Shown: positions 18,187-26,934, numbered from the stretch's first letter. The stretch: 64,000 nucleotides of DNA from Oscillospiraceae bacterium (GCA_009784625.1 WRBI01000009.1:727-64726), one strand, 5' to 3'. Translations and numbers: made by a program. The notes: generated by a model not told the origin, from the letters alone.

Positions 18187-19344
18187 TCAGATGCCCATCG
18201 CATCCTTGATTTTTCCCATGAAGCCTTTGCGTTTCTCGTAGTTTTTCTCACCAACCATCCCGTCGAACGTCTTAAGCGCTTCTTTTTGTTTTGCACTCAA
18301 ACCGCGCGGGACTTCCAAAAGTACGCGAACGTATTGCTCGCCGCGACCGCGGCCGTTGACGTAAGGCACACCTTTGTTGCGGAGCCGGAAAGTCGTGCCT
18401 GGTTGTGTCCCCTCGGGGATGTTGTAGCTGACTTTTCCGTCCACAGTGGGGACTGTGATCTCATCGCCCAGCGTCGCCTGCGCGAATGTGATCGGAATCT
18501 CGCACCAGATATCAAATCCGTCCCGTTCGAAAATCGGGTCAGGGCGCACACTCACCCGCACCAGGCAATCGCCGGCTGGGCCGTTGTTGAGGCCGTGATC
18601 GCCTTCACCGCGCAGGACAAAACTTTGGCCGTCGTCAATCCCGGCGGGAACGTTCACCTCAATGCTGCGTGTGGCGCGTACCCGGCCTTTTCCGACGCAA
18701 GTTTTGCAGGGGCTGGTGACGACCGTGCCCTTTCCGCCGCAGCGCTGACAGGCTTTTGAGCTTTGCATAACCCCAAACGGCGTGCGGGAGGTGACTTTGA
18801 CCTGCCCGGTTCCCGCGCACTCGGCGCAGGTTTCGGGGGATGTGCCGGCCGCTGCACCCGACCCGCCGCACTCTTTGCAGTTTTGCAAGCTGGTCACGCT
18901 GATCGTTTTTTTAGCGCCTTTGACCGCTTCCATAAAGTCGAGCGGCATTTGTATCTGCACATCGCTGCCCTTGATCGGGGCTTTGGGGTTGCGGGCACGG
19001 CCGCCTCCGCCGAATCCACCGCCAAAAAAGTTGTCGAAAATATCGCCCAGGTCTTCAAAACCAAACCCGCCGCTGTATCCGCTAAAACCACCGCCCGGCC
19101 CGCCGCCGTAAGAGGGGTCGACCCCGGCGTGGCCAAACTGGTCATACTTCTGCCGTTTCCCCGAGTCGGATAAGACCTCATAGGCCTCGCCGACTTCTTT
19201 AAATTTGACTTCCATCTCTTTGTTGTCCGGGTTCAGGTCGGGGTGGTACTGTTTGGCCAGCTTTCGGTAAGCCTTTTTGATCTCATCTTCCCCCGATGTT
19301 TTCGAGACACCCAATACCTCATAATAATCCCGTTTGTCAGGCAA
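18187..19344 (-). CDS. dnaJ: Molecular chaperone DnaJ
   Basis: J-domain with HPD (KQYHPDLN), a G/F-rich region, and four CxxCxGxG zinc repeats. Confidence 0.96.
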   Translation of the reverse strand: MPDKRDYYEVLGVSKTSGEDEIKKAYRKLAKQYHPDLNPDNKEMEVKFKEVGEAYEVLSDSGKRQKYDQFGHAGVDPSYGGGPGGGFSGYSGGFGFEDLGDIFDNFFGGGFGGGGRARNPKAPIKGSDVQIQMPLDFMEAVKGAKKTISVTSLQNCKECGGSGAAAGTSPETCAECAGTGQVKVTSRTPFGVMQSSKACQRCGGKGTVVTSPCKTCVGKGRVRATRSIEVNVPAGIDDGQSFVLRGEGDHGLNNGPAGDCLVRVSVRPDPIFERDGFDIWCEIPITFAQATLGDEITVPTVDGKVSYNIPEGTQPGTTFRLRNKGVPYVNGRGRGEQYVRVLLEVPRGLSAKQKEALKTFDGMVGEKNYEKRKGFMGKIKDAMGI

Positions 19345-19371
19345 TTGTTACCACCTCATTCGCAATGAACA

Positions 19372-19480
19372 AGTTACAATTAACAATTAACAATGACGGA
19401 TTCGCTTTGCGAGTATTATATAAATATAATCGCGAAGCGATACCATCATTGTTAATTGTACATTGTACATTGTTAATTGG
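19372..19480. repeat. Long imperfect palindromic intergenic element, copy A (dnaK-dnaJ spacer)
   Basis: Layout: arms of 8-nt words (ACAATTAACAATTAACAATGA / TCATTGTTAATTGTACATTGT...); GC boxes TCGCTTTGCGA / TCGCGAAGCGA; AT-only apex ATTATA-TAAA-TATAAT. Confidence 0.8.
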
Positions 19481-21325
19481 CTATTTGTCTTCTTTCACTT
19501 CGGTGTAGTCGGCGTCGACATAGCCATCGTCACCGGCGCCATTCGGGTTGTAATTTTCCGCGCCCATATCCGGGATAGGCCCGCCCTCCGGCTGTGCCGC
19601 CTGATACAGCTTGGACGAAACCTCGTACAGCGCTTTTTGCAGCTCTTCCTGTTTTGCCTTTATCGCATCCATATCACTGCCGGTCAAAACTTGTTTGAGC
19701 GCGTCTTTCTTTTCGTTTAATGTGGCTTTGTCCTCGTCGGTGACCTTTTCGCCGCTCTCGCTGATCAGCTTTTCAGTCTGGAAGATCGCGCCGTCGGCAT
19801 TGTTGCGCACGTCCGCTTCTTCCCGGCGGATTTTGTCCTCGGCGGCGAACTGCTCAGCCTCGCGGATTGCTTTGTCGATGTCGTCTTTGCTCATGTTGGT
19901 TGAGCTGGTGATGGTGATGTGCTGCTCTTTGCCGGTGCCAAGGTCTTTGGCCGAAACATTTACGATGCCGTTTGCGTCGATGTCAAAAGTAACTTCGATC
20001 TGAGGTGTACCGCGCGGCGCGGGCGGGATGTTGTCCAGATGGAAGCGGCCCAAAGTCTTGTTGCCGCTGGCCATTTCGCGCTCGCCTTGCAGGACATGGA
20101 CTTCGACCGAGGTTTGCCCGTCGGCGGCAGTCGAGAAGACCTGGCTCTTCTTGGAGGGGATGGTGGTGTTGCGGTCGATGATTTTGGTGAACACGCCGCC
20201 AAGCGTTTCCAGCCCGAGGGAGAGGGGGGTGACGTCCAGCAGGAGCAGGCCTTTGACGTCGCCGCCCAGCACGCCGCCCTGGATGGCCGCGCCCATAGCC
20301 ACGCACTCGTCCGGGTTAACGCCTTTGAACGGCTCTTTGCCCATAAAATCTTTGACTGCGTCCTGCACGGCGGGGATTCTGGTTGAGCCGCCGACCAGCA
20401 GTACCCGCTGAATCTCAGCCGGCTTAAGCCCCGCGTCGTTTAGCGCTTGGCGGACCGGACTCATGGTCTGGTCAACCAGATCGGCGGTCAGCTCGTTGAA
20501 TTTTGCCCGTGTAATGTTTACGTCCAAATGTTTGGGGCCGGATGCGTCGGCGGTAATAAACGGCAGGTTGATGTTGGCGCTGGCCATTCCGGAAAGTTCG
20601 ATCTTGGCTTTCTCGGCGGCCTCTTTCAGCCGCTGCATAGCCATTTTGTCGCCGCGCAGGTCGATCCCGCTGTCTTTTTTGAACTCGCTGGCCAAGAAGT
20701 CGATGACCCGCTCGTCAAAGTCATCGCCGCCCAGCTTGTTGTTGCCGGCGGTGGCCAAAACCTCCTGCACGCCGTCCCCCATCTCAATGATGGAAACATC
20801 AAATGTGCCGCCGCCAAGGTCGTATACCATGATTTTTTGGTCCTGCTCTTTGTCGATCCCGTAGGCAAGCGCGGCGGCGGTCGGTTCGTTGATGATCCGC
20901 TTTACGTCCAGCCCGGCGATTTTGCCCGCGTCTTTGGTTGCCTGCCGCTGTGCGTCGGTGAAGTAGGCGGGGGTTGTGATGACCGCCTCAGTGACCGGGT
21001 GGCCAAGATACGCTTCGGCGTCCGCTTTCAGCTTTTGCAGCACCATGGCCGAAACCTGCTGGGGTGTGTAGCCCTTGCCGTCGATTTTGACATTGTAGTC
21101 GGTGCCCATATGCCGCTTGATGCTCATGACTGTCCGATCGGGATTGGTGACCGCCTGCCGTTTGGCAACCTGGCCGACCATGCGCTCGCCGTCTTTGTTG
21201 AACGCGACGACTGACGGGGTGGTGCGCGAGCCTTCAGCGTTGGCGATTACGACGGTCTCGCCGCCTTCCATTACCGCTACGCAAGAGTTTGTGGTTCCAA
21301 GGTCGATTCCAATTATTTTACCCAT
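19481..21325 (-). CDS. dnaK: Molecular chaperone DnaK (Hsp70)
   Basis: 614 aa with [17 protein letters not shown] and [11 protein letters not shown] motifs. Confidence 0.98.
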   Translation of the reverse strand: MGKIIGIDLGTTNSCVAVMEGGETVVIANAEGSRTTPSVVAFNKDGERMVGQVAKRQAVTNPDRTVMSIKRHMGTDYNVKIDGKGYTPQQVSAMVLQKLKADAEAYLGHPVTEAVITTPAYFTDAQRQATKDAGKIAGLDVKRIINEPTAAALAYGIDKEQDQKIMVYDLGGGTFDVSIIEMGDGVQEVLATAGNNKLGGDDFDERVIDFLASEFKKDSGIDLRGDKMAMQRLKEAAEKAKIELSGMASANINLPFITADASGPKHLDVNITRAKFNELTADLVDQTMSPVRQALNDAGLKPAEIQRVLLVGGSTRIPAVQDAVKDFMGKEPFKGVNPDECVAMGAAIQGGVLGGDVKGLLLLDVTPLSLGLETLGGVFTKIIDRNTTIPSKKSQVFSTAADGQTSVEVHVLQGEREMASGNKTLGRFHLDNIPPAPRGTPQIEVTFDIDANGIVNVSAKDLGTGKEQHITITSSTNMSKDDIDKAIREAEQFAAEDKIRREEADVRNNADGAIFQTEKLISESGEKVTDEDKATLNEKKDALKQVLTGSDMDAIKAKQEELQKALYEVSSKLYQAAQPEGGPIPDMGAENYNPNGAGDDGYVDADYTEVKEDK

Positions 21326-21371
21326 TGTATTATCCTCCTGATATTCTACTTATTATTAAGTTTGTTTATCT

Positions 21372-21902
21372 TTAGTTCGCGGTCTGTACCATGGCGTGGC
21401 GAAGGACTTTTTCGCCGAGCTTGTAGCCCTTTTGCAGGACTTGCGCGATCACGTTCTCGCCCAGCGCTTCGTCTTCAATATGCATGACGGCGTGGTGCTT
21501 TTCGGGATCAAACGCTTCGCCGACCTCGCCGAAAGGCTCTACGCCCAGCGAGACCAGCGTCTCACTGAAGTTTTTCTCAATCATTTCAAAACCTTTGGCA
21601 AACTCGTCGCTTGCGCAGTCGTACTGCCTTGCCCGCTCAAAGTTGTCCTGTACAGGCAATAGCTTTACAAGCACGGAAGCGGTGGCGTTGCTGTAAATTT
21701 CGTCTTTCTCCCGGGAAGTGCGCTTGCGGAAATTGTCGTACTCGGCCATCAAGCGCAGATGCCGGTCTTGCAATTCGTCATGTTTTTCCTGGATGAGGTC
21801 AATCGCGCTTTTGGGCTCGATTTCCTCTTCGGCGGCGGCTTGTTCGGCTTCGCTTTCGATTGCTTCGTTTTCTATTCTTTCTGCTTCATATTCGTTTGTC
21901 AA
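21372..21902 (-). CDS. grpE: Nucleotide exchange factor GrpE
   Basis: 176 aa with TTG start after an AAGGGGA RBS. Matches the GrpE pattern (RLMAEYDNFRKR..., C-terminal beta domain). Confidence 0.9.
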   Translation of the reverse strand: MTNEYEAERIENEAIESEAEQAAAEEEIEPKSAIDLIQEKHDELQDRHLRLMAEYDNFRKRTSREKDEIYSNATASVLVKLLPVQDNFERARQYDCASDEFAKGFEMIEKNFSETLVSLGVEPFGEVGEAFDPEKHHAVMHIEDEALGENVIAQVLQKGYKLGEKVLRHAMVQTAN

Positions 21903-22206
21903 GTTTAAAGTCCCCTTTCGACCTTAACTATTTTTTATTGCGATTAATTGTTGGATATACCGGCCTGTCTGGTACAAAAAGAAAGGAAAGCCCAAAGTAA
22001 GGCTTATGATATATTTTACGTGCGCATCGGTTGCTGCGGCACGCTTTGCCGATTGAAACTCCTGATTTAGCAAAGCTGCCATTCATCGCCAGTACAAGGA
22101 ATCCGCTTGTCAGCGCATTGCTTGCAAAGCCCTTTTCCACAGCTTTGACAAGCGGCTGCGCTAACCGGATTTTCGTGATGGTAACAGTTTATCGCGGCGT
22201 TGTCTC

Positions 22207-23241
22207 CTAATCTCGCGCCAGTGTCTCGGTCATCAAATCGCCCAACGTGCGGGCGAAATATTCAAGATGCGGAATCAGGCGGGCATAGTCGATTCTCACA
22301 GGGCCGATCAGCCCGACCGTACCGGCCGGCACGCCGTCCACCTCATAGCCGGTCATAACTACCGACGAGTCGCTCAGTTCCATGCTCTGATTCTCTTTCC
22401 CGATGATGATCTTAAAGTTTTGGCGCTCACCACCGGTCGAGAAGAGGGCGTGCAGGCTGTCCCGGTTTTCAAGCATCAGCAAGAGGTCGCGCACCAGCCG
22501 GTTCAGCTCGCCGTACTCCAAAAGTTTGGCCGAACCGCTCACGTAGTACTGGCCGTCTCCCATCTCTTTGCAAAGCTCAAAAATAGCCGAGAGGATGGGG
22601 TTGAAGATCCGTGAATACTCGCCCAGGTTGACCGCCATCGCACTGAGGTAGGAAGAGGAGACGTCGTCGATGCTCATCCCGCCCAGCCGCGCGTTCGAGA
22701 ACTTATTAAAGAACTCGACCAGCTTGTCGCTGACCAGAAAATCAACCCGGCAGACTTTGTTGCGGATCATCCCGTTTGACGCGATCAGCAGGATAACCAC
22801 CGTGTTCGACCCGGCTGCAATCAGCTCCAGCCGCCGGATGTGTACCGTCTTTGGCGTGATCGAAGAAGTCACCGTTGCGCAGTTGGTGTAGCTGGAAAGC
22901 GCGCCGGCCGCGTCTTCAAGCAATTTATCCGGGTCGGGGTTGTGTACGTTAAAGAGTGAGTCGATTTCACCCCGCTCCTGCGGGGTGAGCGGCGCCGGCC
23001 GCATCAGGGAATCAATGTATTCCCGGTAGCCCAAGTGTGAGGGCACCCGTCCGGCCGAAGTGTGCGGCTGTTCCAGATAACCCATCTCAAACAACCAAGC
23101 CATGTCACTGCGCACAGTGGCGGGGGATACATTCAGCCCGAGCTTGCCGGTCAACAGCTTTGAGCCGACCGGCTCACCGGTGTGGATGTACGTTTCCACA
23201 ATGGCGGCCAAGATCGCCTGTTTGCGGTCACTCAGCCTCAT
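22207..23241 (-). CDS. hrcA: Heat-inducible transcription repressor HrcA
   Basis: Winged-helix N-terminus (RKQAILAAIVETYIHTGEPVGSK). Start set to ATG 23241 (GGAG 8 nt upstream). A CIRCE operator lies upstream. Confidence 0.93.
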   Translation of the reverse strand: MRLSDRKQAILAAIVETYIHTGEPVGSKLLTGKLGLNVSPATVRSDMAWLFEMGYLEQPHTSAGRVPSHLGYREYIDSLMRPAPLTPQERGEIDSLFNVHNPDPDKLLEDAAGALSSYTNCATVTSSITPKTVHIRRLELIAAGSNTVVILLIASNGMIRNKVCRVDFLVSDKLVEFFNKFSNARLGGMSIDDVSSSYLSAMAVNLGEYSRIFNPILSAIFELCKEMGDGQYYVSGSAKLLEYGELNRLVRDLLLMLENRDSLHALFSTGGERQNFKIIIGKENQSMELSDSSVVMTGYEVDGVPAGTVGLIGPVRIDYARLIPHLEYFARTLGDLMTETLARD

Positions 23242-23317
23242 GTTCATCACTCCGATTATCGATTGACAGTCTGAAAACCCCATCGCGATCGCTTTTTCGT
23301 ATTCTCAATTACTGTGA

Positions 23318-23344
23318 TTAGCACTCTACACTATCGAGTGCTAG
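23318..23344. promoter_or_regulatory. CIRCE operator (HrcA binding site)
   Basis: TTAGCACTC-N9-GAGTGCTAG compared with the consensus TTAGCACTC-N9-GAGTGCTAA. It lies about 75 nt upstream of hrcA. Confidence 0.93.
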
Positions 23345-23469
23345 ACCTACTTTATCACTTTTATTCCCTTTTGTCAATACACTTCATAGATTGTTTACAT
23401 AGTCGCCCTCAAAAAAGCGTTGTTGCAGCGGCGCGCTGAGTTGTGAATACAGGTTCTTAGACGCAGAAA

Positions 23470-23498
23470 GACAAGGGCGACAACTTTCCGCCCTTGTC
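23470..23498. terminator. Intrinsic terminator following the small membrane-peptide ORF
   Basis: A 10-bp stem GACAAGGGCG / CGCCCTTGTC, followed on the minus strand by TTTCTGCGTC. Confidence 0.6.
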
Positions 23499-23516
23499 AT
23501 TATTCTCTGATCATCG

Positions 23517-23666
23517 CTAGAACATCCACGCATCGTCCTGGATTGCGGCCAGTTTGCGCTTTTCTTGCATGTTTTTGTAAAGTTTTAGGATCAGGCGCTG
23601 GGCTAGAAATACGCTGGCCCCGCCGACAACAACCACCGCAACCCACCTTAGCACCGTACGCATCAT
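23517..23666 (-). CDS. Unlisted 49-aa single-pass membrane peptide
   Basis: Hand translation gives MMRTVLRWVAVVVVGGASVFLAQRLILKLYKNMQEKRKLAAIQDDAWMF. It starts 32 nt downstream of the 191-aa gene and a terminator follows. It is below the ORF-track length cutoff. Confidence 0.5.
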   Translation of the reverse strand: MMRTVLRWVAVVVVGGASVFLAQRLILKLYKNMQEKRKLAAIQDDAWMF

Positions 23667-23698
23667 TACTCTCGCACCCTTTCTTTAAAGTCGCCCCT

Positions 23699-24274
23699 CT
23701 AAAATGTTGCCACCGTAAACTTACCCATACAGTCTGTCCGATAAGGGTCGCCCCAAAAATCGGCGGGGTAAAAGCTGCCCATATGCGACCATCCGGGCCC
23801 GGGCGCAAGCTTATAAAAGTTGCCGGGAAAAACATCCCCCGGCTTAAGGCTGCACCCACCGCCCAGCGAAGCGAGCCAATCAAGCGGCAGTGCGGCCAAA
23901 GAGCCCCAGTAGATGCCCTGTAAATCTTCACCGTTGTGCGGGTGGGGAACAAACCCCTGGGGTGGGTTTATCGCCCGCTCTTTGCCGTTTTCAAGCAAAG
24001 AGAAAGTAAACCCGGATTCCGGCCGCGTCGAAACGGCTAAAGCCAGCTCAGGCCGGTCGGGGAAGAGATAAAATACCCCGCGCAGCTCGCTCCCCTCCGG
24101 CGGCGAGACCTCGAACGCCCAAAGGCGCAAGAAGAGCGTGCGGTCATCCAAACAGATGTTGCACTGGGCGTAGGGCTTGTAATCGCGCTTTTCAAGCGGG
24201 TAGTCTTTGATTACCGCCACGGGCAGCGACTCAAGCTGAGAAAGCGAGGAAATCGGAAAAACTTTAAAGGACAT
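23699..24274 (-). CDS. Hypothetical 191-aa protein (possibly a CBM9-like beta-sandwich; weak recall)
   Basis: Clean ORF downstream of argS with no signal peptide. Family assignment is from memory only. Confidence 0.6.
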   Translation of the reverse strand: MSFKVFPISSLSQLESLPVAVIKDYPLEKRDYKPYAQCNICLDDRTLFLRLWAFEVSPPEGSELRGVFYLFPDRPELALAVSTRPESGFTFSLLENGKERAINPPQGFVPHPHNGEDLQGIYWGSLAALPLDWLASLGGGCSLKPGDVFPGNFYKLAPGPGWSHMGSFYPADFWGDPYRTDCMGKFTVATF

Positions 24275-24299
24275 ATGCAGTCTCCTTATATGACGCGGG

Positions 24300-26000
24300 T
24301 CACATGCTTTCGGGCGCGCCGATCTTCATGAGGGCCAACGTGTTCGCGAGCGCCGATTTGGCGCTTATACAAAGTCGAAGCCTGGCCTGCATCAGCGCTT
24401 CGTCCTCCACTTGTACCCGGCACTCGCCGTAAAACTTGTGCAGTGCGGTGGCCAAATCCATGGCGTAGCGGGTGAGTGAGCTCGGGTCAAGCCGGGCGGC
24501 CGCGCCCGAAATCTCACCGGGCAGCTGCGCGATCTTGCGAATAAGCGCAATCTCGGCGGGGTCGGTCAATAACAGCAGCTCTTCCCGGCTGACATCGCGG
24601 GGTGATGTCCCGCCCTCGGCCAGCTTTTTGAGGATAGAGCATATCCGCGCGTGGGCGTACTGAACATAAAAGACCGGGTTCTGCGAAGTCTGTTCAACGG
24701 CCAGGGAAAGGTCGAAATCCATGGACGCGCCCGGCTGGTGCATGTTAAAGAAGAACCGGGCGGCGTCAGCGGGGACCAAATCCAGCAAATCGCGCAAGGT
24801 CACACTGGCCCCGCTGCGCTTACTCATCCGGTAAGGTTCGCCGTCTTTCATCAGCCGCACCAGTTGCATGAGTACGATATCGAGCGCGTCCCCACTCAGG
24901 CCGACCGCGTCCATCGCGCCTTTCAGCCGGGCGACATGGCCGTGGTGATCGGCCCCCCAAACGTTGACCACCCGGTCAAAGCCGCGCAGGGCAAACTTGT
25001 CGTAATGGTAAGCGATGTCGGCGGCGAAATATGTCGAGTTTCCGTTCTGGCGGATGAGGACCTCATCTTTCTCGGCCCCGAACACGGTTGCCTTATACCA
25101 GAGCGCGCCGTCTTTCTCATAAGCCAGCCCCTTGTTCTTCAAGATGCCGACAACCTTGTCCACCTGCCCTGTTTTATGCAGTTCACTCTCCATGAACCAG
25201 AGATCATACTCGATCCGGTAGTCTGAAAGATCCCGCTTTAGCGCCGCGATGTTTTCAGGCAGGCCAAAGTCGGCCAACGCCTGCTTTTGCTCTTCGTCTG
25301 AGAGTGCGAGCAGCTTGTCCCCGTGTTGTTCGGCGTACCGACCGGCCAGAACTTTGATGTCGTCGCCCTGGTAGCCGTCCTCCGGGAACGAAACCGCGTT
25401 CTCTCCCTTAAAGATTTGCAGATACCGCGCCTGCAGCGAGACGCCGAACTTCTCAATTTGATTGCCCGCATCGTTGACGTAAAACTCCCGCGCAACCTGA
25501 TAGCCGGAGGACGCGAACGCGGCGGCCAAACAGTCGCCGATCGCCCCGCCCCGCGCGTTTCCCATATGCATCGGCCCGGTCGGGTTGGCCGAAACAAACT
25601 CGATCATCACTTTTTTGCCGGCGCCCTCGTCTGTTTTGCCGTAATCTTCGCCGAGCGCGGTGACGGTTTCGAGCACCTGTGCGTACCAGTCTTCTTTCAA
25701 AAAGAAGTTGATGAACCCCGGCCCGGCCATCTCGGCTTTGCTGAAGTGGGTGCCTTCCAGTTCAAGCTGTTCCAAAAGAATAGCGGCAATCTTTGGCGGC
25801 GCCATCTTAAAGGCCCTGGCCCCTGCCATCGCGATGTTGGTGGCAAAGTCGCCATGGGTAACGTCCCCGGGGATTTCAACCACAAACGCAGGGAGTTCCC
25901 CGGCCGGAAAAAGCCCGGCCGCCTGTGCCTTTTCGACCGCGCCGACAACCAATGTCCGCGCTTGAACGGATGCGTCTTTGATTAAATCTTTTACCATCAT
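24300..26000 (-). CDS. argS: Arginyl-tRNA synthetase
   Basis: 566 aa with a class I HIGH-like motif (ANPTGPMHMGNARG) and a C-terminal anticodon-binding domain. Confidence 0.96.
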   Translation of the reverse strand: MMVKDLIKDASVQARTLVVGAVEKAQAAGLFPAGELPAFVVEIPGDVTHGDFATNIAMAGARAFKMAPPKIAAILLEQLELEGTHFSKAEMAGPGFINFFLKEDWYAQVLETVTALGEDYGKTDEGAGKKVMIEFVSANPTGPMHMGNARGGAIGDCLAAAFASSGYQVAREFYVNDAGNQIEKFGVSLQARYLQIFKGENAVSFPEDGYQGDDIKVLAGRYAEQHGDKLLALSDEEQKQALADFGLPENIAALKRDLSDYRIEYDLWFMESELHKTGQVDKVVGILKNKGLAYEKDGALWYKATVFGAEKDEVLIRQNGNSTYFAADIAYHYDKFALRGFDRVVNVWGADHHGHVARLKGAMDAVGLSGDALDIVLMQLVRLMKDGEPYRMSKRSGASVTLRDLLDLVPADAARFFFNMHQPGASMDFDLSLAVEQTSQNPVFYVQYAHARICSILKKLAEGGTSPRDVSREELLLLTDPAEIALIRKIAQLPGEISGAAARLDPSSLTRYAMDLATALHKFYGECRVQVEDEALMQARLRLCISAKSALANTLALMKIGAPESM

Positions 26001-26035
26001 TGCTTTGTCGAACGCTCCTTAATTTGCTCAGTCTT

Positions 26036-26479
26036 CTATGCTTTAAGGACGCTTGAAGACGGCATTTTTATGTGGATATACATCTCGTTTTCGCTTGAAT
26101 ACATCGAATTGAAGTCGAGGGAATATTTGATCTCCAGGTTGCCGCCCTTGTCGGTCAGCGAGCTTTTGATCTTGCTGCCAAGAACGCCAACCAACAAGTC
26201 GCCGCAGCCAACGTCGTAGTGGCACTGATGCCGAACCCCCCGCTCAACAATCAACTGGGAGTTTGCACTGCCTGTCCGCTCGAGGGTGACCATTTTCTCT
26301 TCCTCGACTTTTAGCGTGGTGGTCGAGCCCTCAAAGCCGGTGGCTTCGCTTTCTTCATAACAAATATAGTAACAGCCTTTGCGCTTATAATATTGGCCGG
26401 TGGTGAAAAGTTCGATCACATCGCGGTCGTCTTCGCTGTTGTATACGCCCTTGATGCTGATCAACACATCCTTTTTCAC
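26036..26479 (-). CDS. DUF1934 (YwiB-like) beta-barrel protein
   Basis: 147 aa. Sits in the position immediately upstream of argS that I recall as typical for this family in Firmicutes. Sequence pattern LISIKG...ELFTTG.YY.K...YYI.YEES. Confidence 0.8.
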   Translation of the reverse strand: MKKDVLISIKGVYNSEDDRDVIELFTTGQYYKRKGCYYICYEESEATGFEGSTTTLKVEEEKMVTLERTGSANSQLIVERGVRHQCHYDVGCGDLLVGVLGSKIKSSLTDKGGNLEIKYSLDFNSMYSSENEMYIHIKMPSSSVLKA

Positions 26480-26503
26480 AGGTTACCCCCTTGTTCGGTT
26501 GCT

Positions 26504-26705
26504 AGGGCGTGTTGACACAAAGCTGAACGCCCGTATTTTGGTGAATTTTGAGCCTTTCTTCGTTGTCGTTACAAAGTACCGACGATGAGCGCCCATACAG
26601 CGAAGAGTCTCAGCGGAATACATATAGTATTCCTTCCTCTTCCGCCTTGAAATGCTCGAAAATTCACTCAAAATCCGTGCATTCCCATTTGTGTCAACAC
26701 ACCCT
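26504..26705. repeat. About 200-bp imperfect inverted-repeat element (MITE-like or long structured RNA)
   Basis: Outer arms AGGGCGTGTTGACACAAA (26504-26521) and TTTGTGTCAACACACCCT (26688-26705) are 17/18 complementary. Inner tier GTGAATTTTGAGC (26541-26553) pairs with GCTCGAAAATTCAC (26654-26667). The apex contains GGAATAC-TATAT-GTATTCC. Confidence 0.7.
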
Positions 26706-26787
26706 GGAAAACATGTAGAACGAAAGGCAAGCGAATCCCGATGCCTACAAATGACGAAAGTGTTGTCAAGAGGGGGATAAGGCACAG

Positions 26788-26826
26788 GGCGCCGCCCCCA
26801 AAGCGGCGTTTTAGTTGCTTTTTTGC
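26788..26826 (+). terminator. Orphan plus-strand intrinsic terminator with no annotated plus-strand gene upstream
   Basis: Stem CGCCGC/GCGGCG with loop CCCCAAA, followed by TTTTAGTTGCTTTTTT. On the minus strand the same hairpin is preceded by A-runs, so it would terminate plus-strand transcripts only. Confidence 0.55.
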
Positions 26827-26934
26827 CTGTGGAAAAAGTAACCGGCGCTTGGGACAGAGTCCCATTGAAGCTCTTAAAGCCCAAACAATGAAACCCTGAG
26901 ACGCAGATAGACACAAGGTCAACAGCCCACTAGC

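Noticed and set aside
22067-22189. Cys-rich zinc-ribbon-like frame between hrcA and grpE as a real gene
   Set aside because: There is no ATG, GTG or TTG between the upstream in-frame stop (inside the hrcA 3' end) and the Cys-rich part. It is kept only as a possible gene relic in the findings.
26483-26922. ORFs of 143 aa and 84 aa (minus strand) and 62 aa (plus strand, 26400-26588) in the DUF1934-ddl gap
   Set aside because: They have no RBS and Cys/Arg/Ser-rich nonsense-like translations. They run straight through hairpins and the inverted repeat. The similar peptides read from both arms (KIRAF.FVST.P) are simply a by-product of the inverted repeat.
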